A stretch of 64,000 nucleotides of DNA from Opitutia bacterium. GTDB lineage: Bacteria; Verrucomicrobiota; Verrucomicrobiia; Opitutales; Opitutaceae. Of this stretch, positions 21,516-31,161 are shown piece after piece. Each line of letters starts with the position of its first letter. Position 1 is the first letter of the stretch. The notes beneath the pieces are model-generated. The model saw nothing but the letters and a program-made list of their open reading frames with translations. It was not told the origin of the DNA and searched no databases. The stretch spans positions 64,001 to 128,000 of the forward strand of contig CANJVR010000001.1 in assembly GCA_947478395.1 (NCBI GenBank), read 5' to 3'. The position numbers and the translations under genes are program-made.

Positions 21516-21790
21516 CCCACTTCACCGGCACGACAATCCGTCCGCAGGCGCCGCGATAATATACTCGCAGCAAATCACCCTCTTCCGGATTCGAAATCAG
21601 GGCACGCTTGGCTAAGGCGATTTCCGCAACCGGGGCGTTGTTAATCGAAAGCATCCCCATGCCCTCGCGCAGGGTTTCGGCGCAGGGCGATTTCGCGTCG
21701 ATGTCGGTAATGACCAGACCAGCGGGCAGCCTCGGATCCAAGCGGGCACGACGGCGAATTTCTTCCGTCAGTTTGCTCACGTTCACCCCC
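21516..21790 (-). pseudogene. Probable PDZ-domain remnant (HtrA/DegP-like C-terminus)
   Basis: GVNVSKLTEEIRRR..GLVITDIDAKSP..LREG..LSINNAPV..LLRVYYRG pattern. No protease domain, and the ORF runs into a repeat element. Confidence 0.5.
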
Positions 21791-21956
21791 GCAAAATTTC
21801 ATTCGGCTTCCCCCCGACGACGCCAACACCGCCGAAATCGTGCGTTCCCCGCCGTCCCGCATGACCAGGCGGAATCGGGTGGCATATGCGAAATCGCCAG
21901 GTGGAACGATTCGACTGATGTCACCACCCGCGAGCCTCGTCCAAACTCAAACGCGA

Positions 21957-22907
21957 TCAAAAGCCCTTGATCCGGAAAAGGCCCGTGACGCTTGCGTTGC
22001 TGTTAATGCGCTGGATCGCTTGGGCGAGCAGCGGGGCGATGCTCAGTACGGTGATCGGCAGACCGGGTCGCACACTGACCGGCGTAGAATTGGTCGTGAT
22101 GAGTTCATCGATCAGACCCGTGCTGAGTCGATCCAACGCTCCCTCGCTCAGGACGCAGTGACTGACCGCGGCTCGCACGCTGCGCGCCCCGTGATCACGC
22201 AACATTTTCGCTGCAGCCGTGAGCGTGCCGGCAGTTTCGGTGATGTCATCGACCAGCAACACGTCGCAGCCCTCGACTTCACCCACCACGAACATGGCCT
22301 CGACCGTCGTAGCGTTCTTCCGCTTCTTAGCCACCATGCCGAGGCCCGCGCCCAGCACATCGGCGTAGGCCGCGGCCATCTTCATCCCACCGACATCCGG
22401 CGAACAGACGACCAGCTTGTCGCTGCGAGATTTGGCCAGGTGCTCAAAAAATACGGGCGACGCGTAGAGATGATCGACCGGAATATCGAAGAACCCCTGG
22501 ATTTGCTGGCTATGCAAATCCATCGTGAGCACGCGATTCGCGCCTGCAGAAACGAGCAAATTAGCCACGAGCTTGGCCGTGATGGGCACCCGGGGCTGGT
22601 CCTTACGATCCTGCCGCGCATAGCCGTAAAACGGCAGCACCGCCGTGATGCGCTGCGCTGAGGCCCGCCGCGCGGCATCGATCATGATGAGCAACTCCAT
22701 CATGTGATGATTGGTCGGCGGACACGTGGACTGAATGATGTACACGTCGTGACCGCGGACATTCTCGTTGATCTTCACGAATGATTCCCCGTCGGGGAAA
22801 CTCGTGACGGTGGCCTCGCCGAGAGGCATCCCGATAAATTTGCAAATCTCTTCCGCCAGAGGACGGTTGGAGTTGCCTGTGAAGATTTTTAGCCGCGACT
22901 CACTCAT
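21957..22907 (-). CDS. prs: Ribose-phosphate pyrophosphokinase
   Basis: FPDGE, YGYARQDRK, DLHSQQIQGFF, SPDVGG and LLVDDITETAGT motifs. Confidence 0.98.
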   Translation of the reverse strand: MSESRLKIFTGNSNRPLAEEICKFIGMPLGEATVTSFPDGESFVKINENVRGHDVYIIQSTCPPTNHHMMELLIMIDAARRASAQRITAVLPFYGYARQDRKDQPRVPITAKLVANLLVSAGANRVLTMDLHSQQIQGFFDIPVDHLYASPVFFEHLAKSRSDKLVVCSPDVGGMKMAAAYADVLGAGLGMVAKKRKNATTVEAMFVVGEVEGCDVLLVDDITETAGTLTAAAKMLRDHGARSVRAAVSHCVLSEGALDRLSTGLIDELITTNSTPVSVRPGLPITVLSIAPLLAQAIQRINSNASVTGLFRIKGF

Positions 22908-22946
22908 GAGTCCCGCATCTTGCGGAGGCTCCGGCCGGGCGGAAGA

Positions 22947-23990
22947 CTAATTTGCATTGGCCGCAATTTGCTCCTCGATGGCGCCGACGCGCTTGAAAAG
23001 ATCCGGCAATTTTCGCCGCAGCACATTGACTCGCTGCTCGAGCTGATACGGCAGACACGGCGAACCTTTCACGAAACTGCCCGGTTCCAAGTCGGCGATC
23101 ACGGCGGACTGACCGGCGATCTTCGACCCGCGGCCCACCGTGATGTGGCCCGCCAACCCGGCCTGTCCGCCGATGACCACGTAATCCTCAAGCGTGGTGC
23201 TGCCGGAGATGCCAACCTGCGCGCAAATCATGCAGTGCCGACCGATGACGACGTTGTGCGCGATCTGCACGAGGTTATCGATTTTCGTCCCCTCGCCCAC
23301 CGACGTGCGGCTGAACCGCGCGCGATCCAGGGTGCTGTTGGCGCCAATCTCGACATCGTTGTCGATCACAACCTGGCCGACTTGGGGCACCTTCGAGTGA
23401 CGACCGCCGACGAACTCGTAGCCAAATCCATCGGAGCCGATCACGACGCCCGGCTGCAACCTCACGCGATTTTTGAGCACGCACTCGGCGGCCAGAATCA
23501 CCCCCGGCATGAGCCAGCAGTCATCGCCGATTATCGCATCCCGACCGACGAAAGCTTGCGCCTGAAGGTGGGTCCGCTCGCCCACGGTCGCCCCGGCCTC
23601 GATGACGCAAAGCGGGCCGATCGTGGCGGACGGGGCCACTTTTGCACCGGCGGCAACGTGGGCCGTCGCGTGAATGCCAGGCGCGGGTTTGGGCCACAGC
23701 TGTTGCTCGATCCGCGCACAAATACGGGCCAGCGCGACCGAAGGATTTTCCACGAACAGCAACCACTGATTCGCCTGCGGCTCGGCGACGAAGTCCGGCG
23801 GAAGCAAAATGATGGAGGCGCGAGACGTCGCCACTTCCCCTTTGTATTTGGGATTACCCAGAAACGAAAGATCGCCCGGCCCGGCCGCGGTCAGCGAAGC
23901 GATGCCGCGAAACGGCTCCGTCGTGGTCCCGCGCGTACTCCGTGGCTCAACGATCGCGTGGATTTGTTCAAGGGTGAGATCGACCTTCAT
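22947..23990 (-). CDS. lpxD: UDP-3-O-acyl-glucosamine N-acyltransferase
   Basis: GDLSFL, hexapeptide repeats, GSDGFGY, KVPQVG and KIDNLVQIAHN motifs. Confidence 0.96.
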   Translation of the reverse strand: MKVDLTLEQIHAIVEPRSTRGTTTEPFRGIASLTAAGPGDLSFLGNPKYKGEVATSRASIILLPPDFVAEPQANQWLLFVENPSVALARICARIEQQLWPKPAPGIHATAHVAAGAKVAPSATIGPLCVIEAGATVGERTHLQAQAFVGRDAIIGDDCWLMPGVILAAECVLKNRVRLQPGVVIGSDGFGYEFVGGRHSKVPQVGQVVIDNDVEIGANSTLDRARFSRTSVGEGTKIDNLVQIAHNVVIGRHCMICAQVGISGSTTLEDYVVIGGQAGLAGHITVGRGSKIAGQSAVIADLEPGSFVKGSPCLPYQLEQRVNVLRRKLPDLFKRVGAIEEQIAANAN

Positions 23991-24113
23991 ACCGGAAGGA
24001 GCGTGGGAATTCAGCGCGACGGCGCAACGCTCCACTATCGTATTCTATCGAGCACCACTCAAAACCGAAATGGAGCGGGCTGACCGACCGGAATCCTCAA
24101 TTACTCGCCTGAC

Positions 24114-24593
24114 TTAGAAGGCCGGCTTGAACGTGGTGCTGCTTCCCGCGGCCACCACATAGTCTTTACCGGCGCTCCAACTGAGGTCGTTCACCAGAAA
24201 TTTGAAAATGATCGGGCGCGACGATTCGGCGAGCGTGACGGACCATTCGTCATCGGCGACGCACGCCAGTACCAAACCATGATCCCAGCTCAATCCGGCG
24301 CCTTCGCCCCGGATGTAGAGGGCGTTGCCGAAGCCAATATCGATTTTCGCCGTGATCACCGTGACGACCGGTTTGGGCGCAACGGATTTGACCACCGAAG
24401 GCACCGGAACTTTGGCCGGGGCGAGTTTGGCGGCTTTGGCTCGCGCGACCGGTTTGGCTCGCGCGACCGGCTTAACGGCCGCGGCTGTTTTGCCCGCGGC
24501 GACGGGTTTGGCCGCGGCTTTCGAAGCTGCGGCCCGTGTGACGGACTTCGTCGCTGGGGCGGGCGACTTGGCTGATTTGGTGTTCTTCTTCAT
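24114..24593 (-). CDS. Lys/Ala/Pro-rich N-terminus plus CBM20-like beta-sandwich domain
   Basis: KPVARAKPVARAKAAK low-complexity basic tail, then IDIGFGNALYIRGEG..LSWD.G...W...FKFLVND..WS.G. No signal peptide. Confidence 0.75.
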   Translation of the reverse strand: MKKNTKSAKSPAPATKSVTRAAASKAAAKPVAAGKTAAAVKPVARAKPVARAKAAKLAPAKVPVPSVVKSVAPKPVVTVITAKIDIGFGNALYIRGEGAGLSWDHGLVLACVADDEWSVTLAESSRPIIFKFLVNDLSWSAGKDYVVAAGSSTTFKPAF

Positions 24594-24804
24594 GTGATGA
24601 ATGGATGACGGATGAGTTCACTTACCCCTAACTGGGACCGACCATGAGCAAGAGCGGGGCCAACGCGCAAGTTAGCTTTGGTTTCGATTGCGTCACGGCC
24701 CCTGAAAAAAGCCGCAGGCGGAAAATGGCTCGACCGCGTTTTACGCGATCTCGAGGCGCCCGTTGTCCGGCGCCGGGCTTCGAGCCGCAAGACGAACCCG
24801 GAGA

Positions 24805-24880
24805 TGGTGGACCTGATCGGGATCAAACCGACGACCTCTTCGTTGCGAACGAAGCGCTCTATCAACTGAGCTACAGGCCC
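24805..24880 (-). tRNA. tRNA-Ala(CGC)
   Basis: GGGCCTG/CAGGTCC acceptor stem with G3:U70, anticodon arm CTTCG-TTCGCAA-CGAAG, CCA end. T-loop is TTTGATC. Confidence 0.95.
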
Positions 24881-24958
24881 CCAAAGAGGGTGTGGTATTG
24901 GAAAAACCCCGCCGGCAAGTAAACACCTATTTTCGCCCGCAGACGGAGCGCTGCGACC

Positions 24959-25230
24959 TCAACTCCTCGAATCGGCTGACGCCGGCAGGCGCCCAAAGTT
25001 CATCTTGCCGCCGGCGGAGGGAATCACGCTCGCGATCTCCACGTTGCCCTTTTGTCCCATTAACAGCCGGCCACTCATGACCGCAACCATCGCGCCCTCC
25101 GGCAAATAACCCACCGCCTCGCCCTCCTCTTTTGCTCGGTTTGAGCAGCTCCCCATCGACGTGTTATCCGAAAACCAACTCCGGCTGCAGGGACTTCGCC
25201 AAAAAGTTCCGGTTTAACCACAGGACGCAT
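24959..25230 (-). pseudogene. Decayed C-terminus of a PIN/TRAM domain protein (YacL family)
   Basis: Manual translation gives VLWLNRNFLAKSLQPELVFG*HVDGELLKPSK, a frameshift, then EEGEAVGYLPEGAMVAV..GRLLMGQ..VEIASVIPSAGGKMNFGRL. This resembles the YacL TRAM motif GKE..QGVGYL.DG.MVVV. Confidence 0.7.
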
Positions 25231-25492
25231 TGAACTCGCCGTTGCCGCGCCGCGCGATGAGGGTCCCGCCATAAGTGCAGATGAGAGACGCTGCGCGTGG
25301 GCAAAAAGGTTTTAGACGTAACGAGGTGACCGCAACGGCAAGGACCGCCGCGTCACTTTAAAAAATAAGCCACCACCAGCGGCGTAAGGATGAGCCCCGC
25401 CATAATCGCGTAGAGCCAGCGTTGCACCCGGCGGGCTTTGGCCTTTTCAGCGGCATCGGCATCCATTTCAGTGCGCACCCAACCCTCCCACC

Positions 25493-25903
25493 ATGAAAAC
25501 GCAACACTGGCTCGTGAAGTCCGAACCCGAAGCCTACAGCTGGGCCACCTTCCAAAAAGACGGCCGTACCGCTTGGACCGGTGTGCGCAATTATCAGGCT
25601 CGCCTCCACCTCAACGCCATGCGCCCGGGCGATCGGGTCCTGTTCTACGAAAGCGTCGGACCGAAAGCTGTGCTGGGTCTGGCGGAAGTTTCGCGCGCGG
25701 CGTTTCCCGACGAGACGGCCGATGAACCCGGCTGGGTCGCGGTCGAACTCGTCGCCAAAAAACCCCTGCCCGAGCCCGTCACGCTCGCGCAAATCAAAGC
25801 CGAGCCTTCGCTGGCAAAAATCGGCTTGGTCCGCCAAAGCCGACTTTCCGTGGTGCCGCTCACCGCCGCCGAATTTAAAAGTATCGTCGAACTAGGCGGA
25901 TGA
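25493..25903 (+). CDS. EVE domain protein
   Basis: WLVKSEP, WTGVRNYQAR, MRPGDRVLFY and RLSVVP motifs. Confidence 0.95.
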   Translation: MKTQHWLVKSEPEAYSWATFQKDGRTAWTGVRNYQARLHLNAMRPGDRVLFYESVGPKAVLGLAEVSRAAFPDETADEPGWVAVELVAKKPLPEPVTLAQIKAEPSLAKIGLVRQSRLSVVPLTAAEFKSIVELGG

Positions 25904-26168
25904 AATTTCCGAATTGGGTCACAACGCACACGGAGCGCGGACCCAAGTTTACCGGGCGAAGAAAGCCACGGCTTGCCCCCCGAGCTCGGTGACTAACCTC
26001 AATGCTTTTCGGCTTAATCCATCCGGACCATTTAGGGCTAAAGCGGATGAGCCAAAAGCGTCGCCGCGACCAAAAACGGTCACGGAAAAACTTTAACCAC
26101 GCTGGCGCGGCGCCGCGCACCGTTCTCCCCGCTCGACACCCCCGCCCTTTCTCTCGTTTGGTTTCCCG

Positions 26169-27023
26169 ATGCTCGCGCAGCTTTCCATTCTCGCCCCCGG
26201 CTTGCTCGGTGCGTCCGTCGCCCGCGCCGCCCGCGCGCGAAACGTCGCGAGTCGGATTGTGATCTGGACTCGCCGGCCCGAGACCCGCGCCGAACTCGCC
26301 GGCCAGCCCTGGTGCGACGAGGCCTCGGACGATCCCGGACGCGCCGTGACCGGGGCCACGCTCGTCGTCATCGCCGCGCCGGTGGACCAAATACCGGCGC
26401 TCACCCGTCAGATCGCTCCATGCCTTCGGTCGGACGCGATCGTCACCGATGTCGGCAGCGTAAAAGGCGAAATCAGCCGGCTTTGCGCTGCCGCCCTCGG
26501 CTCGTCAGCCCATTTCGTCGGCTCTCACCCCATGGCCGGTTCGGAAAAAACCGGCTGGATGCACGGCACGGAAAAACTTTTTGAAGGCCGCACCTGCTTC
26601 GTCACGCCGCTGGCCGCAACGGATGCGCGCGCCACGGAGACCGTTGTGCAATTCTGGCGCGACCTCGGAGGCAAACCCGCGGTCGTCGATCCTGACCGTC
26701 ACGACGAAATCGTCGCTCATATCAGTCACCTGCCCCAAGTCATCGCGTCGACGCTCTGCGCTTTTCTCGCCACGAAGGATGCAACGTGGGGCAGCTATGC
26801 CGGCGGAGGTCTGCGCGACACCACGCGTATCGCCGGCAGCGATCCCGAACTCTGGCGGACGATCCTCGAACAAAACCGCGACGAAATCCTGCGAGCCCTC
26901 GACGAGTACGAGAACACGTTGCACCGTTTTCGCGCTGCGCTGGCCAACAAGGACTACGCCGCGATCACTCACGAAATGAAACGCGCTCAGGATTACCGCC
27001 GGGGACTTCAACCGCCGGCTTGA
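26169..27023 (+). CDS. tyrA: Prephenate/arogenate dehydrogenase
   Basis: TDVGSVK, FVGSHPMAGSEK, HD...ISHLP and LRDTTRIA motifs. Confidence 0.93.
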   Translation: MLAQLSILAPGLLGASVARAARARNVASRIVIWTRRPETRAELAGQPWCDEASDDPGRAVTGATLVVIAAPVDQIPALTRQIAPCLRSDAIVTDVGSVKGEISRLCAAALGSSAHFVGSHPMAGSEKTGWMHGTEKLFEGRTCFVTPLAATDARATETVVQFWRDLGGKPAVVDPDRHDEIVAHISHLPQVIASTLCAFLATKDATWGSYAGGGLRDTTRIAGSDPELWRTILEQNRDEILRALDEYENTLHRFRAALANKDYAAITHEMKRAQDYRRGLQPPA

Positions 27024-27282
27024 GGGTCGGGGCGGGTTTAACAATCGAGCCTTTGTCCCTCAGGTCCGGAACGATCACACTGCTGCAAAACGTCGTTCAA
27101 CCAGCGACCTCCGAGCGGGATGAGGGCATCCCGCCCCCGACAATCAGCACTTAACCCCGCCCTCACCGTCGGGCGGCGGCCAAGAATCGAGTATTCCCGG
27201 TCCTCAATTAAGCCGCGAGACAGACAGACGGCCGCGAAAAACCCCTTGGCGCGGCGGACGGATTCGCTGACGCTCGCGATTC

Positions 27283-28623
27283 ATGCCGTTGCCCGAGCTG
27301 CTTCCGATTCCACCGTTCACCCACCCGGTCCAGGGTGAAGTCATTGTGCCAGGCTCGAAGAGTCTCACCAATCGCGCCTTGCTGCTAGCCGCGTTGAGCG
27401 ATGCCCCCGTGACGCTCACGGGCGCGCTGTTCAGTGACGACACCCGGTTGATGGCCGATGCGCTGCGCGCTTTGGGGTGCAACGTCATGGCCGACGAAGC
27501 CGGCTTCAGCCTACGCGTGGCCGATCAAGAAAAAGCCTTCAAGGCCAGCGCGCCCGTCGAACTTTTTGTGGGGCTCGCCGGCACCGCCGCCCGTTTTTTA
27601 ACCGCGCTCTGCGCCGCTGCGCCGGGTGGCGTCTACCGGATCGATGGCGTCCCGCAGATGCGAAAACGACCGATGCTGGGGCTGATCTCAACGCTGCGCG
27701 CGCTCGGCGCCGATATTCGCTGCACCGGCGAGGAGGGATTTTTTCCACTCGAAATTCATGCCCGCGGTTTGAATGGCGGGCCCACCAGCATCGACGCCAG
27801 CGAAAGCAGCCAGCTCCTTTCTGCCTTGTTGATGGTCGCCCCGCTGGCGCGCACACCGGTCGAAATCGCGCTCACCACCGAGGTGCGCCGGCCGTTCGTG
27901 GAAATGACCGCTCGGCTCATGACCGCGTTTGGTCTCCCGCTCGGCGAACAAAAATCCGAGGACACGTTTACGGTGCCCACCGGCCGATACCGCTCGCCGG
28001 GCGTTTATGCGATCGAACCCGACGCGACCGCCGCGAGTTACTTTCTTGCGCTGCCCCTGGTCACCGGTGGCGCGCTTCACTTGCCGCATTTGCGTGGGCC
28101 CGGCGTGGGTTTACAGGGTGACACGCGTTTCGCCGAGGTGCTGAGCCGCGTCGGCATGACCGTTCGCACCGGCTCGCGCGGGCTCGACGTGAGCTTCGCG
28201 CAAACGACCATGCAGCGCGGCGTCGACCAGAACTTCAGCGAATTCTCGGACACGTTCCTCACGCTCGCGGCGCTTTCCCCTCTCCTCGCCGGACCCACTC
28301 GCATCACCGGCATCGCGCACACGCGCAAACAGGAAACCGATCGCGTGGCCGGCATGGCGCGCGAATTGAAGAAGCTCGGCCAGCAAGTCACCGAAACGGA
28401 GGACTCGCTCGAAATTCATCCGCGTTTCCTGCGCGGCGGAGAAACCATCGAGACCTATGGCGATCATCGTTTCGCGATGAGCTTTGCCATTCTCGGCTGC
28501 CTGGATTTTCACGGCGACGGCCGCCCGTGGCTCACGATTCGCGATCCGGCGTGCTGCGCTAAAACCTTTCCGCATTTTTTCGAGTTGCTCGAAATTCTCC
28601 GCCAAAAATCGTTGGACCTCTGA
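27283..28623 (+). CDS. aroA: 3-phosphoshikimate 1-carboxyvinyltransferase
   Basis: PGSKSLTNR, AGTAARF, SSQLLSALL, RKQETDR and DHRFAM motifs. Confidence 0.97.
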   Translation: MPLPELLPIPPFTHPVQGEVIVPGSKSLTNRALLLAALSDAPVTLTGALFSDDTRLMADALRALGCNVMADEAGFSLRVADQEKAFKASAPVELFVGLAGTAARFLTALCAAAPGGVYRIDGVPQMRKRPMLGLISTLRALGADIRCTGEEGFFPLEIHARGLNGGPTSIDASESSQLLSALLMVAPLARTPVEIALTTEVRRPFVEMTARLMTAFGLPLGEQKSEDTFTVPTGRYRSPGVYAIEPDATAASYFLALPLVTGGALHLPHLRGPGVGLQGDTRFAEVLSRVGMTVRTGSRGLDVSFAQTTMQRGVDQNFSEFSDTFLTLAALSPLLAGPTRITGIAHTRKQETDRVAGMARELKKLGQQVTETEDSLEIHPRFLRGGETIETYGDHRFAMSFAILGCLDFHGDGRPWLTIRDPACCAKTFPHFFELLEILRQKSLDL

Positions 28624-29288
28624 TGGACCGCCCCCCCTTTCTCATCGTTGCCATCGACGGCGGCGCCGCGTCCGGCAAGTCGTCCTCGTCGCGCACCCTC
28701 AGCGCGCGTTTCAATCTGCTGCACGCCGACACGGGCTCCTACTACCGCGCGCTCACCGCCGAGCTGCTGCGGCGAGCTGTGACGCCGTCCGATCTCACGG
28801 GCGTTAAAGCGGCGCTCGGCGCCGTGACGCTCACCACACGCGTGACCGGTCGCAACGCAGAGATCGAATTGAGCGGGCACACGATCCCGGATGCGGAAAT
28901 TCGCAGCCCGGAAGTCACCGCCAACGTCGCACTTTTCGCCGCGATTCCCGAACTGCGCACCGCGTTGCTCGACTACCAACGCGGTCAGGCCGATACCGCG
29001 CGGCAGCATGGATTTGATGGTCTGGTGATGGAAGGACGCGACATCGGCTCAAAGATTTTCCCCGACGCCGATTTTCGTTTTTTCCTTTTCGCTGATCCAG
29101 TGGAGCGCGCCCGACGCCGCGAACAGCAGGGACTGCAAGATCAGGTGGCGCGGCGTGACACGCTCGACGGCCAGCGCCTGCACGAAAGTTTGCAGGGCGC
29201 AGTGATGATCGACAGCACCCATCTCACCCTGGCGCAGGTGGTCGATCTCCTCGCCGCGCCGATCGTCGCCCGTCTCACCGCCGTATGA
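28623..29288 (+). CDS. cmk: Cytidylate kinase
   Basis: IDGGAASGKS, DTGSYYRA and VMEGRDIG motifs; coupled to aroA. Confidence 0.93.
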   Translation: MDRPPFLIVAIDGGAASGKSSSSRTLSARFNLLHADTGSYYRALTAELLRRAVTPSDLTGVKAALGAVTLTTRVTGRNAEIELSGHTIPDAEIRSPEVTANVALFAAIPELRTALLDYQRGQADTARQHGFDGLVMEGRDIGSKIFPDADFRFFLFADPVERARRREQQGLQDQVARRDTLDGQRLHESLQGAVMIDSTHLTLAQVVDLLAAPIVARLTAV

Positions 29289-29944
29289 GTCACCCCTTTC
29301 CCCAAGTCGAGATGGCGCCGGTCTACGGTTTCTCGCACTACCTTTCCAGTGTCGCGTTTAACCTCAGTTTTCGCGGCGAAGTAACCGGCTTCGAAAACCT
29401 CCCGAAGACCGGTGGCTTCATCGTCGCGGCCAACCACGCGAGCCACCTCGACCCGTTCATCGTAGGGCAGCATTTGCCGCGACAGGTAACATTTTTCGCG
29501 CGCAAAACGCTTTGGACACCCGGCTTCCCCTCGTGGTGGCTGGATGCGGTCGGCGTAATTCCCGTCGATCGCGACGGCGGTTCCGATGTCACCGCGATCA
29601 AACGCGTGCTCGGCGCGCTAAAAGACGAAAAAATTATCATCCTCTTTCCCGAAGGCACGCGTTCACCGGACGGCGAACTGCAAGCGGCCAAGCCGGGGGT
29701 CGGACTTTTTGCGTGTCGCTCCCACGTGCCGGTGGTGCCCGCGCGGGTGTTCGACTCGTTCAAGGCTTTTGGTCGCGGGAGCAAGCCACGCCTCGGCACG
29801 CCGGTGTCAGTGGTTTTTGGCGCGCCCATGGCTCCCGCGGATTACGACGACCCGAGCGATGGCAAAGAACGCTACACGCGCGCCGCCGCCCGCATCATGG
29901 CGCGGATCGCAAAGCTGAAGTTACCTCCGCCAGCGATTGTCTGA
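29285..29944 (+). CDS. plsC: 1-acyl-sn-glycerol-3-phosphate (lysophospholipid) acyltransferase
   Basis: NHASHLD and FPEGTRS motifs. Confidence 0.88.
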   Translation: MSHPFPQVEMAPVYGFSHYLSSVAFNLSFRGEVTGFENLPKTGGFIVAANHASHLDPFIVGQHLPRQVTFFARKTLWTPGFPSWWLDAVGVIPVDRDGGSDVTAIKRVLGALKDEKIIILFPEGTRSPDGELQAAKPGVGLFACRSHVPVVPARVFDSFKAFGRGSKPRLGTPVSVVFGAPMAPADYDDPSDGKERYTRAAARIMARIAKLKLPPPAIV

Positions 29945-29950
29945 AAAAAA

Positions 29951-30103
29951 TGGGGGCGGGGTGCCCCGCTGGCCGTGGCCAAACCCGATTAGGGCGGTGC
30001 TTCAGCCCGCGTCGTGCATCCCGGAACGCGGCCTGAAGCGTCGCGCTACTTCGGACATCGCCGCTCGGTCAAAAGAAAGCGGAGTGAGGGCAACCCGCCC
30101 ACA
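29951..30103. repeat. Nested REP-like inverted pairs (two further families)
   Basis: Outer pair TGGGGGCGGGGTGCCCC (29951) and GCGGAGTGAGGGCAACCCGCCCACA (30079-30103). Inner pair TAGGGCGGTGCTTCAGCCCGCG ... CGCGGCCTGAAGCGTCGCGCTAC (29990-30049). A related unit lies at 27115-27141. Confidence 0.55.
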
Positions 30104-30133
30104 CCCAGACCAAAATTTCTCGGCCACCCGATC

Positions 30134-31102
30134 CTACACCAATCCGCAAGCCTTGCGGGCGCGTTGGCTGACAACCGTTGCCACCGCGCGGGCCCGGTCA
30201 GCACCGTCGCGCAGCACCGTCTCGACGTAGCCCAGATCCGCGGCAAGTTCAGCCCGGCGTGCGCGCGCCACGGCAAAATAATTCCAATAGTGCTCAAATA
30301 GCGCTTTCTTCAAGTCGCCGTAACCGAGTCCGCCCGCCCGCAGCCGTTGCTCAAAATCGGCGGCGACTTCGGCCGACGCGAATAGCTTGAGCAACTGGAT
30401 CGCGAGATTTTTGTCCGCGTCCGGCTTGGGTTCAGCCGGAGAACGCGAATCCATGACGATACCCATGATTTTTTTTCGCAGCACCTTCTCGTCGCCGAAA
30501 ATGTCGATCGTGTTCCCGTAGCTCTTGCTCATTTTCTGGCCGTCGAGGCCCGGGATGACGGCGACCTCTTCGCGAATCTCAGATTCCGGCACGACGAGGG
30601 TTTCACCGTAGGTCTCGTTGAACTTGATCGCCATGTCGCGCGTCATCTCGACGTGCTGTTTCTGGTCGCGCCCCACGGGCACGCGATTCGTATCGAAGAG
30701 TAAAATGTCCGCGGCCATCAGCACAGGATACGCGAACAGCCCGAAATTAGCGGAGATGCCTTTCGCCGTTTTGTCCTTATAGCTGTGCGCCCGCTCCATC
30801 AGGCCCATCGGCGCGAGCGAACCGAGCATCCACATGAGTTCGCACACCTCCGGGACGTCGCTCTGACGCCAAAAAACGCTCGTCTTCGGATCGAGCCCGC
30901 AGGCGAGCCAGTCGAGCGCGATGCCGAGCGTATTTTTGCGGCGCTCGGCGGCGTCGGTGACGGTCGTCATCGAGTGATAGTCCGCGATGAAATAGAAACA
31001 GTTGCCCCGGGTCTGGGCATCGATGGCCGGCCGCATCGCGCCGAAATAATTGCCGATGTGAAGCGTGCCGGAAGGAGTGATGCCAGTGAGCGTACGAAGC
31101 AT
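30134..31102 (-). CDS. trpS: Tryptophan--tRNA ligase
   Basis: GITPSGTLHIGNYFG, YPVLMAADIL, VPVGRDQ and KMSKS motifs. Confidence 0.98.
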   Translation of the reverse strand: MLRTLTGITPSGTLHIGNYFGAMRPAIDAQTRGNCFYFIADYHSMTTVTDAAERRKNTLGIALDWLACGLDPKTSVFWRQSDVPEVCELMWMLGSLAPMGLMERAHSYKDKTAKGISANFGLFAYPVLMAADILLFDTNRVPVGRDQKQHVEMTRDMAIKFNETYGETLVVPESEIREEVAVIPGLDGQKMSKSYGNTIDIFGDEKVLRKKIMGIVMDSRSPAEPKPDADKNLAIQLLKLFASAEVAADFEQRLRAGGLGYGDLKKALFEHYWNYFAVARARRAELAADLGYVETVLRDGADRARAVATVVSQRARKACGLV

Positions 31103-31161
31103 GGATGATTTACGATTTACGATTTTTGATACGGCAAGCCGCGATTCAGGCGACGGCCCGA

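Noticed and set aside
30788..30799. 12-bp match to the tRNA-Gly 3' end (CGCCCGCTCCAT) as a possible att site
   Set aside because: It lies inside trpS, in inverted orientation relative to the tRNA, and is short enough to be chance.
31106..31130. GATTTAC-GATTTAC-GATTTTT heptamer run upstream of trpS
   Set aside because: Only 2-3 units in a single occurrence, too little to assign a function.
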